Below, piece by piece: positions 1 to 9,488 of a stretch of DNA of 28,850 nucleotides (position 1 is its first letter; every line of letters starts with the position of its first letter). A program made the translations under genes and the position numbers. The DNA comes from an uncultured Rhodothermales bacterium (GTDB lineage: Bacteria > Bacteroidota > Rhodothermia > Rhodothermales > VXPQ01), in contig CAZART010000026.1 in NCBI GenBank assembly GCA_964487555.1, positions 16,144 to 44,993 of the forward strand, written 5' to 3'. The notes under the pieces were generated by a model. The model worked only from the letters and a program-made list of their open reading frames with translations. It was not told the DNA's origin and ran no database searches.

Positions 1-501
1 AGTTGTCGGATCCTGGCTTCCGATGTAAATAATCGACAGGATTCCGGGTGACCGATTCGGCTCCTGGTCGGGACACGTCACCGTAACCATGTCGAACAGG
101 ACGCTGTAATCGAAGTAAACCACCCCGTTATAGGATCCGTCCCGATTGTACACCCAGATCGATCCGGTATCCCCCCGGGACGGATCGAGAAGCACGACGT
201 ACGGACCACCCGTTACCGAGCAGCCGTTCGTAGTGGTCCCTTGTGCTCTCCAGGTAAGCGTGCCGCCTTCCAGCTCGAAAAGCTCGGCGTCATGGTCGCT
301 CTGCTTCAGGCTGACACTCCCCTCAAGGGTCTCCGTCCATCCTAACGGTGTCTGGGCGACCGCAGTGACGGAACCGGTCCACGGCTGCCGATCAGGAGCC
401 GGTGAATTCTGCGCAGCGGTCGTGAGAGGTGAAAAGAGACACGCGACGAGCGCAACGGCTACTGCAATCCATGGAGTACGCGTAGTATGAGATGCACGCA
501 T
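1..501 (-). CDS. Hypothetical secreted protein, N-terminal part (gene runs off the left edge of the window)
   Basis: Absent from the ORF track because it has no stop inside the window. Hand translation of the minus strand from the ATG (complement of 499..501) gives MRASHTTRTPWIAVAVALVACLFSPLTTAAQNSPAPDRQPW... This has a basic n-region, a hydrophobic core and an AAQ-type cleavage region, so it reads as a signal peptide. The frame stays open for 167 codons to position 1. No family recognised. Confidence 0.5.
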   Translation of the reverse strand, partial: MRASHTTRTPWIAVAVALVACLFSPLTTAAQNSPAPDRQPWTGSVTAVAQTPLGWTETLEGSVSLKQSDHDAELFELEGGTLTWRAQGTTTNGCSVTGGPYVVLLDPSRGDTGSIWVYNRDGSYNGVVYFDYSVLFDMVTVTCPDQEPNRSPGILSIIYIGSQDPTT

Positions 502-826
502 AGGACGGTGTGTACGTAAGTGACCGACCGGGACTACCTGGAACTCCGCGTGCGAAGGCACTGCAGCATGACGTCAATGTAGGCTGGAAACCTCACTCTT
601 CAAACTCATGCTATTACGCCGAAAAATAAATTGTGGGCGGGACCGCGGGAAGGTGAGATAGGCCGACAGACCATTCGTACTACATCTGTGGGGGGAGCGC
701 AACCTACCCGTTTGGACCAGTCAGAACTATCCGATCGGCTGATGCGCAGGACCAACCGTCCCCTTCATCTTCCTTGTACGATCCTACTCCCTGTAGGACG
801 ACAAGCACGAAGCCGGAGGCCCAGTC

Positions 827-3658
827 ATGTCGAACTCACTCGCTCTCAATTCTTTCATCGTCCTGCTGATCTTCATGCCGGTGCTCGGCCCCTCGTCTCC
901 CGTCCAGGCGCAGACGTCCTCTGCCGTTTCGGGGAGTGTTACGGAGGCCATCACTGGAACGCCGCTGCCGCATGCTACGGCGGCGTTGATACGGCCGGGG
1001 TCCACGACAGTCGTTACCGGCAGCAGCACCGATGCCGATGGTCGATATGTGATTTCCAATGTCGCCCCTGGCCGATATATACTCAGGGTAAGTTATGTCG
1101 GCTACGAAGAGGAGCGCTTCGAGTTTGTGCTTCGTCAGGGAGCGACCCGAACCGTCAACTTTGCGCTCGAGCCGACCGCGAAGCTGATGGACCCGGTTAT
1201 CGTGACGGCGAGTCCGCTGCCGGAGAAAATGCTTGATGCGGCTTCCGCCGTTACCGTCCTCACGGCCGACGCTATCGAACGAGACGTCGCCACGTCGCCA
1301 ACGGAAATTCTTCGGAGAGTCCCTGGCGTCGACATGGCCCGCACGGGCATCGACCGGCGTGAGCTCGTACTGCGCGGGTTCGGCAAGACGTTCACCGGGG
1401 CCACTTACGTGATGACGGACTATCGACAGAGCGCCGTCGCCTCGCTTGGCGTGAATGCTTACAACATGATGCCGATCTCCAGCATCGACCTCGACCGAAT
1501 CGAGGTCGTGCGGGGGCCGGCCGGCGCCGTGTACGGTCCGGGCGTCGACGAGGGCGCCATCCATTTCATATCGAAAGATCCATTCCAATATCCGGGAACG
1601 ACCATTGCGCTCAGTGGCGGCCAGCAATCCCTGGCGCACGCAGAGCTGCGGCATGCCGGCGTCCTCTCCGGCCGGCTCGGATATAAGGTGAATGCGCAGT
1701 ATCTCCAGGCTACGGACTGGCCTTTCGATCCGTCGGACCCGCTCGATGACGAGCAGATTCAGCGCTATTATCAGGTCATCCCGCGGGACACGGACGTCAG
1801 CAAGGTGATCCTCAACGGAACGGCGGTCTATCGGTTCGATCCGAAAACATCGTTGACCGGCGTGGCCGGATATGCGTCGGCCAGGTCCCCGTTCCTCTCC
1901 GATATTGGCGCCCTCCAATCCGATGGATTCGGCTACCGTTTCGCGCAGCTTCGTCTGCGGTCCGGCCGCTTCTTCGCTCAGGCCTATCTAAACAAAAATG
2001 ACGCCGGCGATTCATTCGTCTACGCCGGACCGCAGGTCGCCGGGTCCCTCTCCGGCAGCACCATCGTCGACCGCTCCAGTCAGATGAACCTGCAGGCCCA
2101 GTACGGGCTCGATCTTGGCGGCGGACGTGAGCAAGTGACTATTGGCGTCGATTTCGAGCGCACAAATCCCGTCACCGGTGGCACGATCAACGGGCGAAAC
2201 GAAGACGACGACCACATCGCGGAATATGGCGTATATGCGCAGTCGCAAACACGGCTCTCCGATCGGTGGAATGTTACGGTCGCAGCTCGTCTCGACTACG
2301 ACAACATATTCGAGCAACTCCAAATTTCGCCTCGCACCGCGCTCGTTTACAAGCCGGCGGCCGGCCACGCGATCCGTGCTACGTACAACCGTGCTTTTGC
2401 ATCGCCCGGAACCAACTCGCTCTTTCTCGACATCGTCGCCCGTGAGCCCGACCTGATGCTGCCGCTGCGGATCAGGGCGCGGGGAGCGGGGAGCGGCTTC
2501 ACGTTCGCGCACGATGCGACCTTTGGGAGCTTTGCGGGGTCCAGCTTGATCGCATCGAGCCTAAACCCGGAAACGCTCGGACAACCGCAACCCACCGGTC
2601 TGCCCCTCGGCGCGGTGTATGGCTCGATCTACGCGGAACTGAGCCGTATACCCAATGCGGATCTCGCAGCGATCCTTGGAATCCCTGAAGGGCACGTAGC
2701 GGCTCTCAAAGCACTCTTGTCCCCGGACGGCGGCACGGACGTGCAAGGCTTCACGCGCGGCAGCCTCGGCCTGCTGAATTTGACCACCGGCGACGTCGAA
2801 CCCGTAACGGGCGCGTCCGACATTGCGCCCTTGCGGCAGTCGTCCACTCAGACCTTCGAGCTCGGATACAAGGGCCTCTTCGGTCAACGAGCCCTCTTTT
2901 CAGTAGATGCGTACTATACGATTAAAGAGAACTTCGTGCGCGGATTGCAGCTCGAGACGCCGTTCGTTTTTGTGCCGGGTCTGCGGGCGGACCTCCTTCC
3001 CGCCATCCAGAACGGAATCGAGGGTAATCCGCAGCTCATTGCCGCGCTGGAGTCTTTAGGCATTCCGCCGGCCGCGGTCGCCGGCCTCATCGTGGATCTG
3101 GCGAACCCGCACCTTCCCTCGCCGGACACACCTGTAGCCATGGTGCAGCCGACGGAGAACAATCCGGGAGCAGGCCTGCCTCCGGAGCTCATGATGACGT
3201 ATCGCAACTTCGGCCGCGTAGCCTTTTACGGCCTGGAGGCTGCGGTGCAGGTGGCCATCGACGAACGAACGTCCGTGTCCGGCTCAGTCTCCTACATGAG
3301 CGATGATTTCTTCGACCACGAAGAGCTTGACGAGGAGAATCCCGATCTGTTTGTCTCGCTCAATGCTTCGACCTTCAAAGCCGGGGCCGGCATCGTCTAC
3401 AGCGTTCCCGGCGGACCCTCCTTCCAACTGGCGGGACGATACGTGCAGGGCTTTATCGTGCGATCCGGCCCGTACAACGGCAGGGTGGACGATTATTTCC
3501 TGTTGGACGCCGGGATCGGCTACGATTTCGGGCGCCAGGTGCCCGGACTCCGGCTCGACGTGACCGTGCAAAATGCCTTGAACCATATGCACCGGGAATT
3601 CATCGGTGCTCCGAAGATGGGCAGACTGGGGCTCGCCCGTCTTACCTATTCGTTCTGA
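827..3658 (+). CDS. TonB-dependent outer-membrane receptor with N-terminal carboxypeptidase-regulatory-like (CarboxypepD_reg) domain
   Basis: ATG at 827 is preceded by GGAGG (815..819). Signal peptide MSNSLALNSFIVLLIFMPVLGPSSPVQAQ. CarboxypepD_reg-like segment SGSVTEAITGTPLPHATAALI...DADGRYVISNVAPGRYILRVSYVGYEE. Plug-like segment DPVIVTASPLPEKMLDAASAVTVLTADAIERDVATSPTEILRRVPGVDMARTG...LVLRGF. Long beta-barrel region ending in the typical aromatic terminus LTYSF. Confidence 0.92.
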   Translation: MSNSLALNSFIVLLIFMPVLGPSSPVQAQTSSAVSGSVTEAITGTPLPHATAALIRPGSTTVVTGSSTDADGRYVISNVAPGRYILRVSYVGYEEERFEFVLRQGATRTVNFALEPTAKLMDPVIVTASPLPEKMLDAASAVTVLTADAIERDVATSPTEILRRVPGVDMARTGIDRRELVLRGFGKTFTGATYVMTDYRQSAVASLGVNAYNMMPISSIDLDRIEVVRGPAGAVYGPGVDEGAIHFISKDPFQYPGTTIALSGGQQSLAHAELRHAGVLSGRLGYKVNAQYLQATDWPFDPSDPLDDEQIQRYYQVIPRDTDVSKVILNGTAVYRFDPKTSLTGVAGYASARSPFLSDIGALQSDGFGYRFAQLRLRSGRFFAQAYLNKNDAGDSFVYAGPQVAGSLSGSTIVDRSSQMNLQAQYGLDLGGGREQVTIGVDFERTNPVTGGTINGRNEDDDHIAEYGVYAQSQTRLSDRWNVTVAARLDYDNIFEQLQISPRTALVYKPAAGHAIRATYNRAFASPGTNSLFLDIVAREPDLMLPLRIRARGAGSGFTFAHDATFGSFAGSSLIASSLNPETLGQPQPTGLPLGAVYGSIYAELSRIPNADLAAILGIPEGHVAALKALLSPDGGTDVQGFTRGSLGLLNLTTGDVEPVTGASDIAPLRQSSTQTFELGYKGLFGQRALFSVDAYYTIKENFVRGLQLETPFVFVPGLRADLLPAIQNGIEGNPQLIAALESLGIPPAAVAGLIVDLANPHLPSPDTPVAMVQPTENNPGAGLPPELMMTYRNFGRVAFYGLEAAVQVAIDERTSVSGSVSYMSDDFFDHEELDEENPDLFVSLNASTFKAGAGIVYSVPGGPSFQLAGRYVQGFIVRSGPYNGRVDDYFLLDAGIGYDFGRQVPGLRLDVTVQNALNHMHREFIGAPKMGRLGLARLTYSF

Positions 3659-3811
3659 TGGTTTCGGAAGCGGCTGCCACGGTCCAAAGCAGGCGCTCTC
3701 TATCGGCCCTCGCACTCGATCACCGCGTCAAGTCCGGCGAGGGACCGGACCGTACGCACCTTCTTCGGCGCTTCAAGCGGCCTCATCTTATCGGAAGCCG
3801 TCGTACCGCCA

Positions 3812-4975
3812 TTACTGTTTCGCGAACGGCTTCACGCGCAGGCCCTTGTACTCGATCACGCCCAGGCTATGGTTCTGAATGGCGATCGCGCCGCTGTCAG
3901 GCAGCACGAGATCGTGGGCTTCCGCGACGTTCGTTCCGTTGATGAGGACCCGCGAGTAGGCGCCGTCTGAGATGAGCTGCATGAGGCACCATTCGCCGCT
4001 TCGGCAGCCGCCGTCGGCGGCGGGTACGATGCCGTAGATGCTGCCGGTCGGATTGGTGGCGGTCGGGACGTTGTAGATCTGGATTTCGTAGTGGCTCGGC
4101 CGGTCGGGCCCGCGGTCCATCAGCCTGTAGAAGATCCCGCCGTTTGCGTGCGGCGTAGTGCGAAAGTAGGTTCGAAATTCGAATCCGGCGAACGTCCGGA
4201 CGGTACGCAGGACGCCGTCACCACCACCGGTCACGATCTTTCCGTCGGCTACAGACCATTCCGCTTCCCCTTCGGCTTCCCATCCGTCGAGATCTCTGCC
4301 GTTGAACAGCGTGCTCCACTCCCGCTCCTTTGGAGGCAGCTCCCGGATGCGGACGTTCCGAAATCGGAACCGCGTGCCGATGTCCTCGAATCCGATGTAC
4401 CCATTCCGAAGCCGCCGGCGCAGGGCATCCGACCTCGCCATGTGCACGTCCTGGATGATCACGTCATTGAGCGTGACCCGCAGCCGCGGCCAGTCCACGT
4501 GGATGCGGAGCCGGTTCCACGCCTCGCCGTCCTCTTTCGAAGCCATGGTAATCGGCGCCCGCACGTCGTAGATCGCACCGGTCGAGCGCGCACCTTCCTC
4601 CGTTCGGTCGTGGCGCAGGTGGATCTTGATGCCGCTCTTCTCCGGATCCCCGTGCATCGGCGCATGAATGTAAATGCCTCCCTCCGCCCATCCCACCGCC
4701 TGATAATCGAGCTCGAGCACGAAATTCTCGTACTGCTTCTCGCTCCGCAGCCAGTTCGGATAGTTGCGGGGATGCTCGAGGAAGAGCGTGCCGTCCTCGA
4801 CCGTGAAGGCGCCAGGCTCACCCATCTCGACCCAGCCGTCCATATCGTCGCCGCTGAGAAGCTGGACAAATTCATCTCCGGGCTGAGCGGCGACAGGAAC
4901 GGCGCTTTGCGAGAGGCTCGTGAGAGCTATGAGAAGGGCGAGGCTGAAACGCGTAACCGTGTACCTGGAAGGCAT
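3812..4975 (-). CDS. Secreted protein with two tandem DUF1080 (PF06439, 3-keto-disaccharide hydrolase family) domains
   Basis: Two copies of the DUF1080 pattern. The first is LLSGDDMDGWVEMGEPGAFTVEDGTLFL...NFVLELDY...GGIYIH...GAIYDV...GYIGFED...FRNVRIREL. The second is LFNGRDLDGWEAEG...WSVADGKIV...FEFRTYFR...NGGIFYR...YEIQIYN...GSIYGI...GAIAIQNH...IEYKGLRVKPF. I prefer the internal ATG at 4975 (MPSRYTVTRFSLALLIALTSLSQSAVPVAAQ, a signal peptide) over the longest-ORF start at 5032. Confidence 0.87.
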   Translation of the reverse strand: MPSRYTVTRFSLALLIALTSLSQSAVPVAAQPGDEFVQLLSGDDMDGWVEMGEPGAFTVEDGTLFLEHPRNYPNWLRSEKQYENFVLELDYQAVGWAEGGIYIHAPMHGDPEKSGIKIHLRHDRTEEGARSTGAIYDVRAPITMASKEDGEAWNRLRIHVDWPRLRVTLNDVIIQDVHMARSDALRRRLRNGYIGFEDIGTRFRFRNVRIRELPPKEREWSTLFNGRDLDGWEAEGEAEWSVADGKIVTGGGDGVLRTVRTFAGFEFRTYFRTTPHANGGIFYRLMDRGPDRPSHYEIQIYNVPTATNPTGSIYGIVPAADGGCRSGEWCLMQLISDGAYSRVLINGTNVAEAHDLVLPDSGAIAIQNHSLGVIEYKGLRVKPFAKQ

Positions 4976-5397
4976 CGAGATTCGTGACGAAGGCTGGATC
5001 GAGACCCGAAATGTAATGGATGGTTTTCCCACGCATATTGAACCGTCGTGCCGATTGTGCCGTGCACATCCACCAGACCGTGCTCATGGCTCAGAGTTGC
5101 TGCAAAGCTACGTTCTCAACGCGTCGCGGGCAAGGTACGGCTCGAAGGACCGGTGGAGGTTTGAGGTGAATGCCAATAGGGGTACGGCGAAGGCGACGAG
5201 TCCTTCGCCGGAGTTATACAGGCCGCCCGAACCATTGAGGTGGTGCCGTGCGTGTGAGTACTCCGCCTGCTTTGCGAGTGACTGCGTGCGATGTGGCCGC
5301 TTGTTTTCGCGACGCTGTGGCGGTTTCGGGCACAGTCTTTCGCGTGCATCCGACCGCCGGCGAAGATCATATGTGTACTCCTCAAGAACCTGTTTAG

Positions 5398-6471
5398 ATG
5401 CTGATGCTTGAAGCACTCATTTCCTTGCGCAACCTCCCCTCGGCTGCGAGCACATGCTATTCGGCAACGCTCGCCTCTCTGGTGATGACCTTGCTTCTTG
5501 GCCCGCTTTCGGCCTACGGCCAGAATATGCCGGACGCCGCGTGCGATCTGGTGGATGCCGACAGGCTGAGGGCGCCGCTGCCGGAGCGATTCTTCGGCTA
5601 CGAAGTGGCGGATGCCTCGGTCGCACCGCCTATTGGCGACGACGCGCCCGAGAGCATCACCTTGAACGTCCTCTACGAGACGGAGGATGGTGAGGCGATT
5701 TTTATCAGTGTGTCCCATTTCTGTCCCGGTCGCCGCGAAGCCGAAACGGAGGCGCACTGGAGGTCGATGGTTGACCTCGGACGGGCCTCGGCGACGTCGT
5801 ATCGCGGCCATACGGCCTATATCCAGGTCGATCCTCCGGCGGGGGCGGTTCACGTGGGGGAGGATTTTGAGGTGGCATCGCACGCGGCTTCCGCGGGCGT
5901 AGCCTGGGATGATGTTGAGGAGGCTATTGAAGTCGTGCGGATGGACGAACTTGAGGCGCTCGCCGCATCCGCTCAGGACGAGACCGCGGATGTTGCAGCC
6001 CGCGAAACGCCGAAAGGGACCGGTGCGCCTGCAGCAGAGGACCGGAGCGTGCCGGAGCACCGACCGCGGCAGCCTGCCGCCGCTGATCGAACCGCGCCTT
6101 CAGAGGCAGGACGCAATTGCTCATTTAATGAGGAATTAAGGAGTCGGCTGCCGGACGAGCTGGGTGGAGGAGAGATCGAGCTGTGGCCGTGGGCCCACCC
6201 GTTGTCGAACGAGCAGGTGGCCGATGCGGAGATAACGGAGAACCGGATCGCTTTTCCGAAGGAGGGAAATCCGTGGCTGGAGTGCATCAACCGGAACGAC
6301 ATCCTGTGGTCTCCACTCGCCACGGACCCGAATCGGCAATTTCTCCTTCGCGTTCTTGAGGTCACCCCATCGAGCGACCAGATTGTCTTTCAAACCCGCA
6401 GTGCCGGACTCGACGAGCTATTTCAGCATGCCCGCATCCGCGTGGAGGAAGATGACTCGAAGCGGCCCTAG
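5398..6471 (+). CDS. Hypothetical acidic secreted protein
   Basis: 357-aa ORF with an N-terminal hydrophobic stretch (ATLASLVMTLLLGPLSAYGQ) and an acidic, low-Arg composition. The overlapping antisense ORF 5116..6060 is Arg/Pro/Cys-rich, which is typical of a shadow frame. No family recognised, and the start codon is uncertain. Confidence 0.5.
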   Translation: MLMLEALISLRNLPSAASTCYSATLASLVMTLLLGPLSAYGQNMPDAACDLVDADRLRAPLPERFFGYEVADASVAPPIGDDAPESITLNVLYETEDGEAIFISVSHFCPGRREAETEAHWRSMVDLGRASATSYRGHTAYIQVDPPAGAVHVGEDFEVASHAASAGVAWDDVEEAIEVVRMDELEALAASAQDETADVAARETPKGTGAPAAEDRSVPEHRPRQPAAADRTAPSEAGRNCSFNEELRSRLPDELGGGEIELWPWAHPLSNEQVADAEITENRIAFPKEGNPWLECINRNDILWSPLATDPNRQFLLRVLEVTPSSDQIVFQTRSAGLDELFQHARIRVEEDDSKRP

Positions 6472-7408
6472 GAGCAGTCTCGACGGGACCTGTTCGATAA
6501 AACGGCTTCTAACCTCACTCCTGTTGAGTTTGGGATTTCAAGGCATGATTGCCGGTTCGGCTGCGGCTCAGTCGACCGATCGGCAGCAAGCCGTAGAAAA
6601 TGGGCTCCTCCCGGCCGTCCTTATCGAGGGCAACGAGACGCCGCGCTACAACATCTTCGAGCGCATGCAGCGCTACGACGTGCCCGGCATTTCGATCGCG
6701 GTCATCAACGACGGCCGGTTCGAATGGGCCGAAGGATACGGCGTTAAGCGGGCCGGCGGTACCGACTCGGTCCACACGTCCACGCACTTTCAGGCCGCAT
6801 CCATCAGCAAACCCGTCGCTGCCGCCGGTGCGCTTCGTCTCGTACAGGAAGGCCGTCTTCTGCTCGACCAGGACGTCAACGAGCTCCTCCGAACGTGGGC
6901 CGTCCCTACGAATGGGTTCACTGCCGAGCAGCGGGTGACGCTCCGGCGACTTCTCTCCCACACCGCCGGCGCGACCGTCCACGGATTTCCGGGGTACGCG
7001 CGCGATGAGGAGATTCCATCGGCGGTGGACGTCCTCGATGGCCGAGGCAATACCGCGGAGGTGGTCTTCGACACGATTCCGGGTTCGATCTGGCGGTATT
7101 CGGGCGGCGGCTATACGATTGCGCAGCTGCTCGTCTCCGACGTGGCCCGGATGCCGTTTGCCGAATATATGCGCGAGGCCGTACTGCTGCCGCTCGGGAT
7201 GTACGAGAGCACCTTTGAACAACCGCTCCCGAGCGGCTTCGCCGACGACGCGGAACGAACAGGGAATGATGGCCCACTTCGACGTCGTTCGATGATGCCA
7301 GCCGGTCCCGCGGGGTGTGCCTCCGATTTCCGCCGGCAGGAGCGTGATCACGCTTCAATCGGTCGAACGCGAATGTTCCGGAAGCGGACCTTCTTCCCTG
7401 CTTCGTAG
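6452..7408 (+). CDS. Beta-lactamase-family serine hydrolase (PF00144-like), apparently C-terminally truncated and possibly a pseudogene
   Basis: ATG at 6452 is preceded by GGAGG. Signal-like N-terminus LLTSLLLSLGFQGMIAGSAAAQ. Ser-x-x-Lys active-site motif in FQAASISKPVAAAGALRL. Second conserved Tyr region in WRYSGGGYTIAQLLV. The ORF ends about 60 aa later without a KTG/HxG-type third box, and its last 61 nt overlap the convergent gene 7348..8037. Confidence 0.65.
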   Translation: MTRSGPRSSLDGTCSIKRLLTSLLLSLGFQGMIAGSAAAQSTDRQQAVENGLLPAVLIEGNETPRYNIFERMQRYDVPGISIAVINDGRFEWAEGYGVKRAGGTDSVHTSTHFQAASISKPVAAAGALRLVQEGRLLLDQDVNELLRTWAVPTNGFTAEQRVTLRRLLSHTAGATVHGFPGYARDEEIPSAVDVLDGRGNTAEVVFDTIPGSIWRYSGGGYTIAQLLVSDVARMPFAEYMREAVLLPLGMYESTFEQPLPSGFADDAERTGNDGPLRRRSMMPAGPAGCASDFRRQERDHASIGRTRMFRKRTFFPAS

Positions 7409-8037
7409 GATTCGCCCGGGTGAACCTGCAGACCGATCGTCCCGCGCCGCGGCACGCCGCTGGTCGTCTCCCTGGTGTGCTGGAAATCGGTCACCAGCAC
7501 GCCGTTGAGCCAGAAGCGAATCCGGCTCGGCTCTCCTTCTATGCGCACCCGGACGTCGTTCCAGGCATCTGCGCGGAAATGCTCGACGCCGTCCGGATTG
7601 GAGTGGACGCCGCCCTGGGTCCAGGGAAGATAGATGGCGCCAAGGTCGCCGCCCTCCCGGTAGTCGAGCGTCACCTGGTGGCTCTTCCCATCCTCGCCCA
7701 CGCGCAGAAAGATGCCGCTGTCTACGGGGTAGTCGAGCTTCGTTTCTAGCGCCAGCTCGAAGTCGCCGTACTCCGCCGTGGTGACGAGAAATCCGCCATG
7801 ACCGGGTGGATCCTGATCCCCCACGATAGCCCCGTCGACGACCTCCCATTTGCCGCCCACCTGATCCTCCGGAAGTCCCGTGTGACGCGTCCATCCGTCC
7901 AGCGTCTCCCCGTCGAAAAGCGAGATGAAGGATGCGTCTTCGCTCGTGGCGACCTCTTCGGAGCGCGGCGCGCAGGAGCCCATGAGAAGGGCGAGCATCA
8001 CGATGGCCGCAGCACGCGGCAAGGCTAAGATTGTCAT
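7348..8037 (-). CDS. DUF1080 (3-keto-disaccharide hydrolase family) lipoprotein
   Basis: I prefer the ATG at 8037, giving MTILALPRAAAIVMLALLMGSCAP (lipobox LMGSC). The longest ORF starts at a TTG at 8070. DUF1080 pattern: LFDGETLDGWTRHTG...GKWEVVDGAIVG...FELALETKL...DSGIFLR...HQVTLDY...GAIY...GTIGLQVH...VRFRNIRVRPI. It lies 30 nt downstream of the oxidoreductase gene on the same strand. Confidence 0.87.
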   Translation of the reverse strand: MTILALPRAAAIVMLALLMGSCAPRSEEVATSEDASFISLFDGETLDGWTRHTGLPEDQVGGKWEVVDGAIVGDQDPPGHGGFLVTTAEYGDFELALETKLDYPVDSGIFLRVGEDGKSHQVTLDYREGGDLGAIYLPWTQGGVHSNPDGVEHFRADAWNDVRVRIEGEPSRIRFWLNGVLVTDFQHTRETTSGVPRRGTIGLQVHPGESYEAGKKVRFRNIRVRPIEA

Positions 8038-8066
8038 TTGGGTCTCTGTGGTGTGGAAATAGAGGT

Positions 8067-9407
8067 TCAAAGAGTCCAGGGATGCCGCGCAGCTCGGCGC
8101 AGCAGGCGGCTCGCCTCCGGATTCCGGATGATCTCTTCACGAGCATCGTCCCAGTGGAGGGTCGACTCGGTTCGGTAGGCGATATTGGCAAGAAGGCCGG
8201 TTTTCGAGAGCCGATGACCATACTCGATATTGCAGGTCGTATCCTGACGGCGCGCCTTGACGGCGTCAATGAACTCGCGCAGGTGGCCCGGAGAGTTCGG
8301 GATGTGCATCCCGGGATCGGGGAAGTCCGGCGCCGGTCGCCCGTCGACGAAGATTTCGTGGCGGGTGTAGTTGGTGACGAGCGTCGCGTTTTCGCCGATG
8401 AACGCCGCCCCGATGTGACCCATGTGCTCATAGCCCGGCATCGGCTTCGGATGCAGCGTGTAGGTCATCAGCAGATCCGAGAACTCGAATGCGGCATGTA
8501 CCGTATCGGGCGTCTCCGTGCCGTCGTCGACGTAGTACCGCCCACCCGTAGCTGAAATGCTCTTCGGCGCTTGCAGATCGAGCGCCCAGAATGCCACGTC
8601 GGCGATGTGGCACCAGAAGTCGATGAACGTGCCGCCGGAATAATCCCAGAAGTGGCGAAACGTCCCGTGTGCGCGAAGAGGGTTATACGGCCGGTCGGGA
8701 GCCGGGCCGAGCCAGAAATCGTAGTCGAGCTCCGTGGGCGGGTCCTGGTTCGGGGGATTTCCGCGGTCCTCGGTGCTCGACGTCTTCCACAGGTCGATGC
8801 GGGTGATCCGGCCGAGCTGGCCGCTTTTGATCCGTTCCACGACGCGCCGATAATTGTGCTCGTCATTGTGGATGTGATTGCCCATCTGCGTAACGCGTTC
8901 ATACCTCGTAGCGGCCTCGACCATCGCGCGCCCCTCCGCCACGCTGTAACTCAGCGGCTTCTCGACAAAGACGTCCTTTCCGGCCTCGCAGGCTCGCACC
9001 GTCGGGATGGCATGCCAGTGGTCCGGAGTGACGACTGCGACGGCATCGAGATCCGCCCTCTCCAGCACGCGGCGGAAATCGCGAAACGTCGGCACCGACC
9101 GGCCCCTCCGTTCCTGCACGATGGCCGCCGCCTCAGCGACGTGCCTGTCGTCTACGTCGCACACGGCGCCGATCTCCACATCCTCGTGATCGAGAAACCC
9201 GCGCAGCCGATTCTTGCCCATGCCGCCCACACCGATCATCCCCACAACAATCCGGTCGCTCGCGCTTACGCCGCGGCCCGCGGCCGCGGTTGCGCCGGGC
9301 TCGCGGCTCGCCAGTGAACGGCAGCCGGAGAAGGCAAGTCCGGCCAGCGCCGCCCCGGTAGTCTTGACGAAGGCTCGTCGGCTCTGTCGATAATTTTGTT
9401 CGGACAT
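8067..9407 (-). CDS. Periplasmic Gfo/Idh/MocA-family NAD(P)-dependent oxidoreductase with twin-arginine (Tat) signal
   Basis: I prefer the ATG at 9407, giving MSEQNYRQSRRAFVKTTGAALAGLAFSGC (SRRxFxK Tat motif). Rossmann segment IVVGMIGVGGMGKNRLRGFLDHEDVEIGAVCDVD. Typical family motifs VVTPDHWH and VFVEKPL. The extra 36 codons of the longest ORF (to 9515) run into the FG-GAP remnant and are not credible as coding sequence. Confidence 0.9.
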   Translation of the reverse strand: MSEQNYRQSRRAFVKTTGAALAGLAFSGCRSLASREPGATAAAGRGVSASDRIVVGMIGVGGMGKNRLRGFLDHEDVEIGAVCDVDDRHVAEAAAIVQERRGRSVPTFRDFRRVLERADLDAVAVVTPDHWHAIPTVRACEAGKDVFVEKPLSYSVAEGRAMVEAATRYERVTQMGNHIHNDEHNYRRVVERIKSGQLGRITRIDLWKTSSTEDRGNPPNQDPPTELDYDFWLGPAPDRPYNPLRAHGTFRHFWDYSGGTFIDFWCHIADVAFWALDLQAPKSISATGGRYYVDDGTETPDTVHAAFEFSDLLMTYTLHPKPMPGYEHMGHIGAAFIGENATLVTNYTRHEIFVDGRPAPDFPDPGMHIPNSPGHLREFIDAVKARRQDTTCNIEYGHRLSKTGLLANIAYRTESTLHWDDAREEIIRNPEASRLLRRAARHPWTL

Positions 9408-9488
9408 TTCGGGCAGGTTTGCTCGATCGATCTGACGGGATGGCGCGATTTGCGGGAAAAGGTAGGGGAAGCCGGCGATGTGGGCAAG

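Noticed and set aside
502-826. 325-nt leader upstream of the TonB-dependent receptor. I inspected it for a cobalamin riboswitch (B12 box, GCCACTG core) or a TPP riboswitch (CTGAGA ... ACCTGATCTGGATAATGCCAGCG).
   Set aside because: Only weak partial resemblances appear (GGTGAGAT, ACATCTGTGG) and there is no GCCACTG core. I cannot support a riboswitch by eye. A cmscan against Rfam would settle it.
836-1918. Long antisense ORFs overlapping well-supported genes. Examples are 836..1918 (-), 5116..6060 (-), 6515..7351 (-), 7355..8431 (-), 8571..9317 (+), 13939..14754 (-), 16891..17919 (+), 19918..20727 (+) and 22290..23078 (+).
   Set aside because: All are Arg/Pro/Gly/Ser-rich with no recognisable motifs. 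They lie opposite genes with strong family signatures, which is the usual shadow-ORF behaviour of GC-rich DNA.
5108-5416. 102-aa minus-strand ORF and the overlapping 163-aa plus-strand ORF (4920..5411) in the divergent region between the DUF1080 gene and the hypothetical gene.
   Set aside because: Neither has a recognisable family or signal. Both are basic and low-complexity, and they overlap each other. The region is more simply a roughly 420-bp divergent promoter region. A small gene cannot be excluded.
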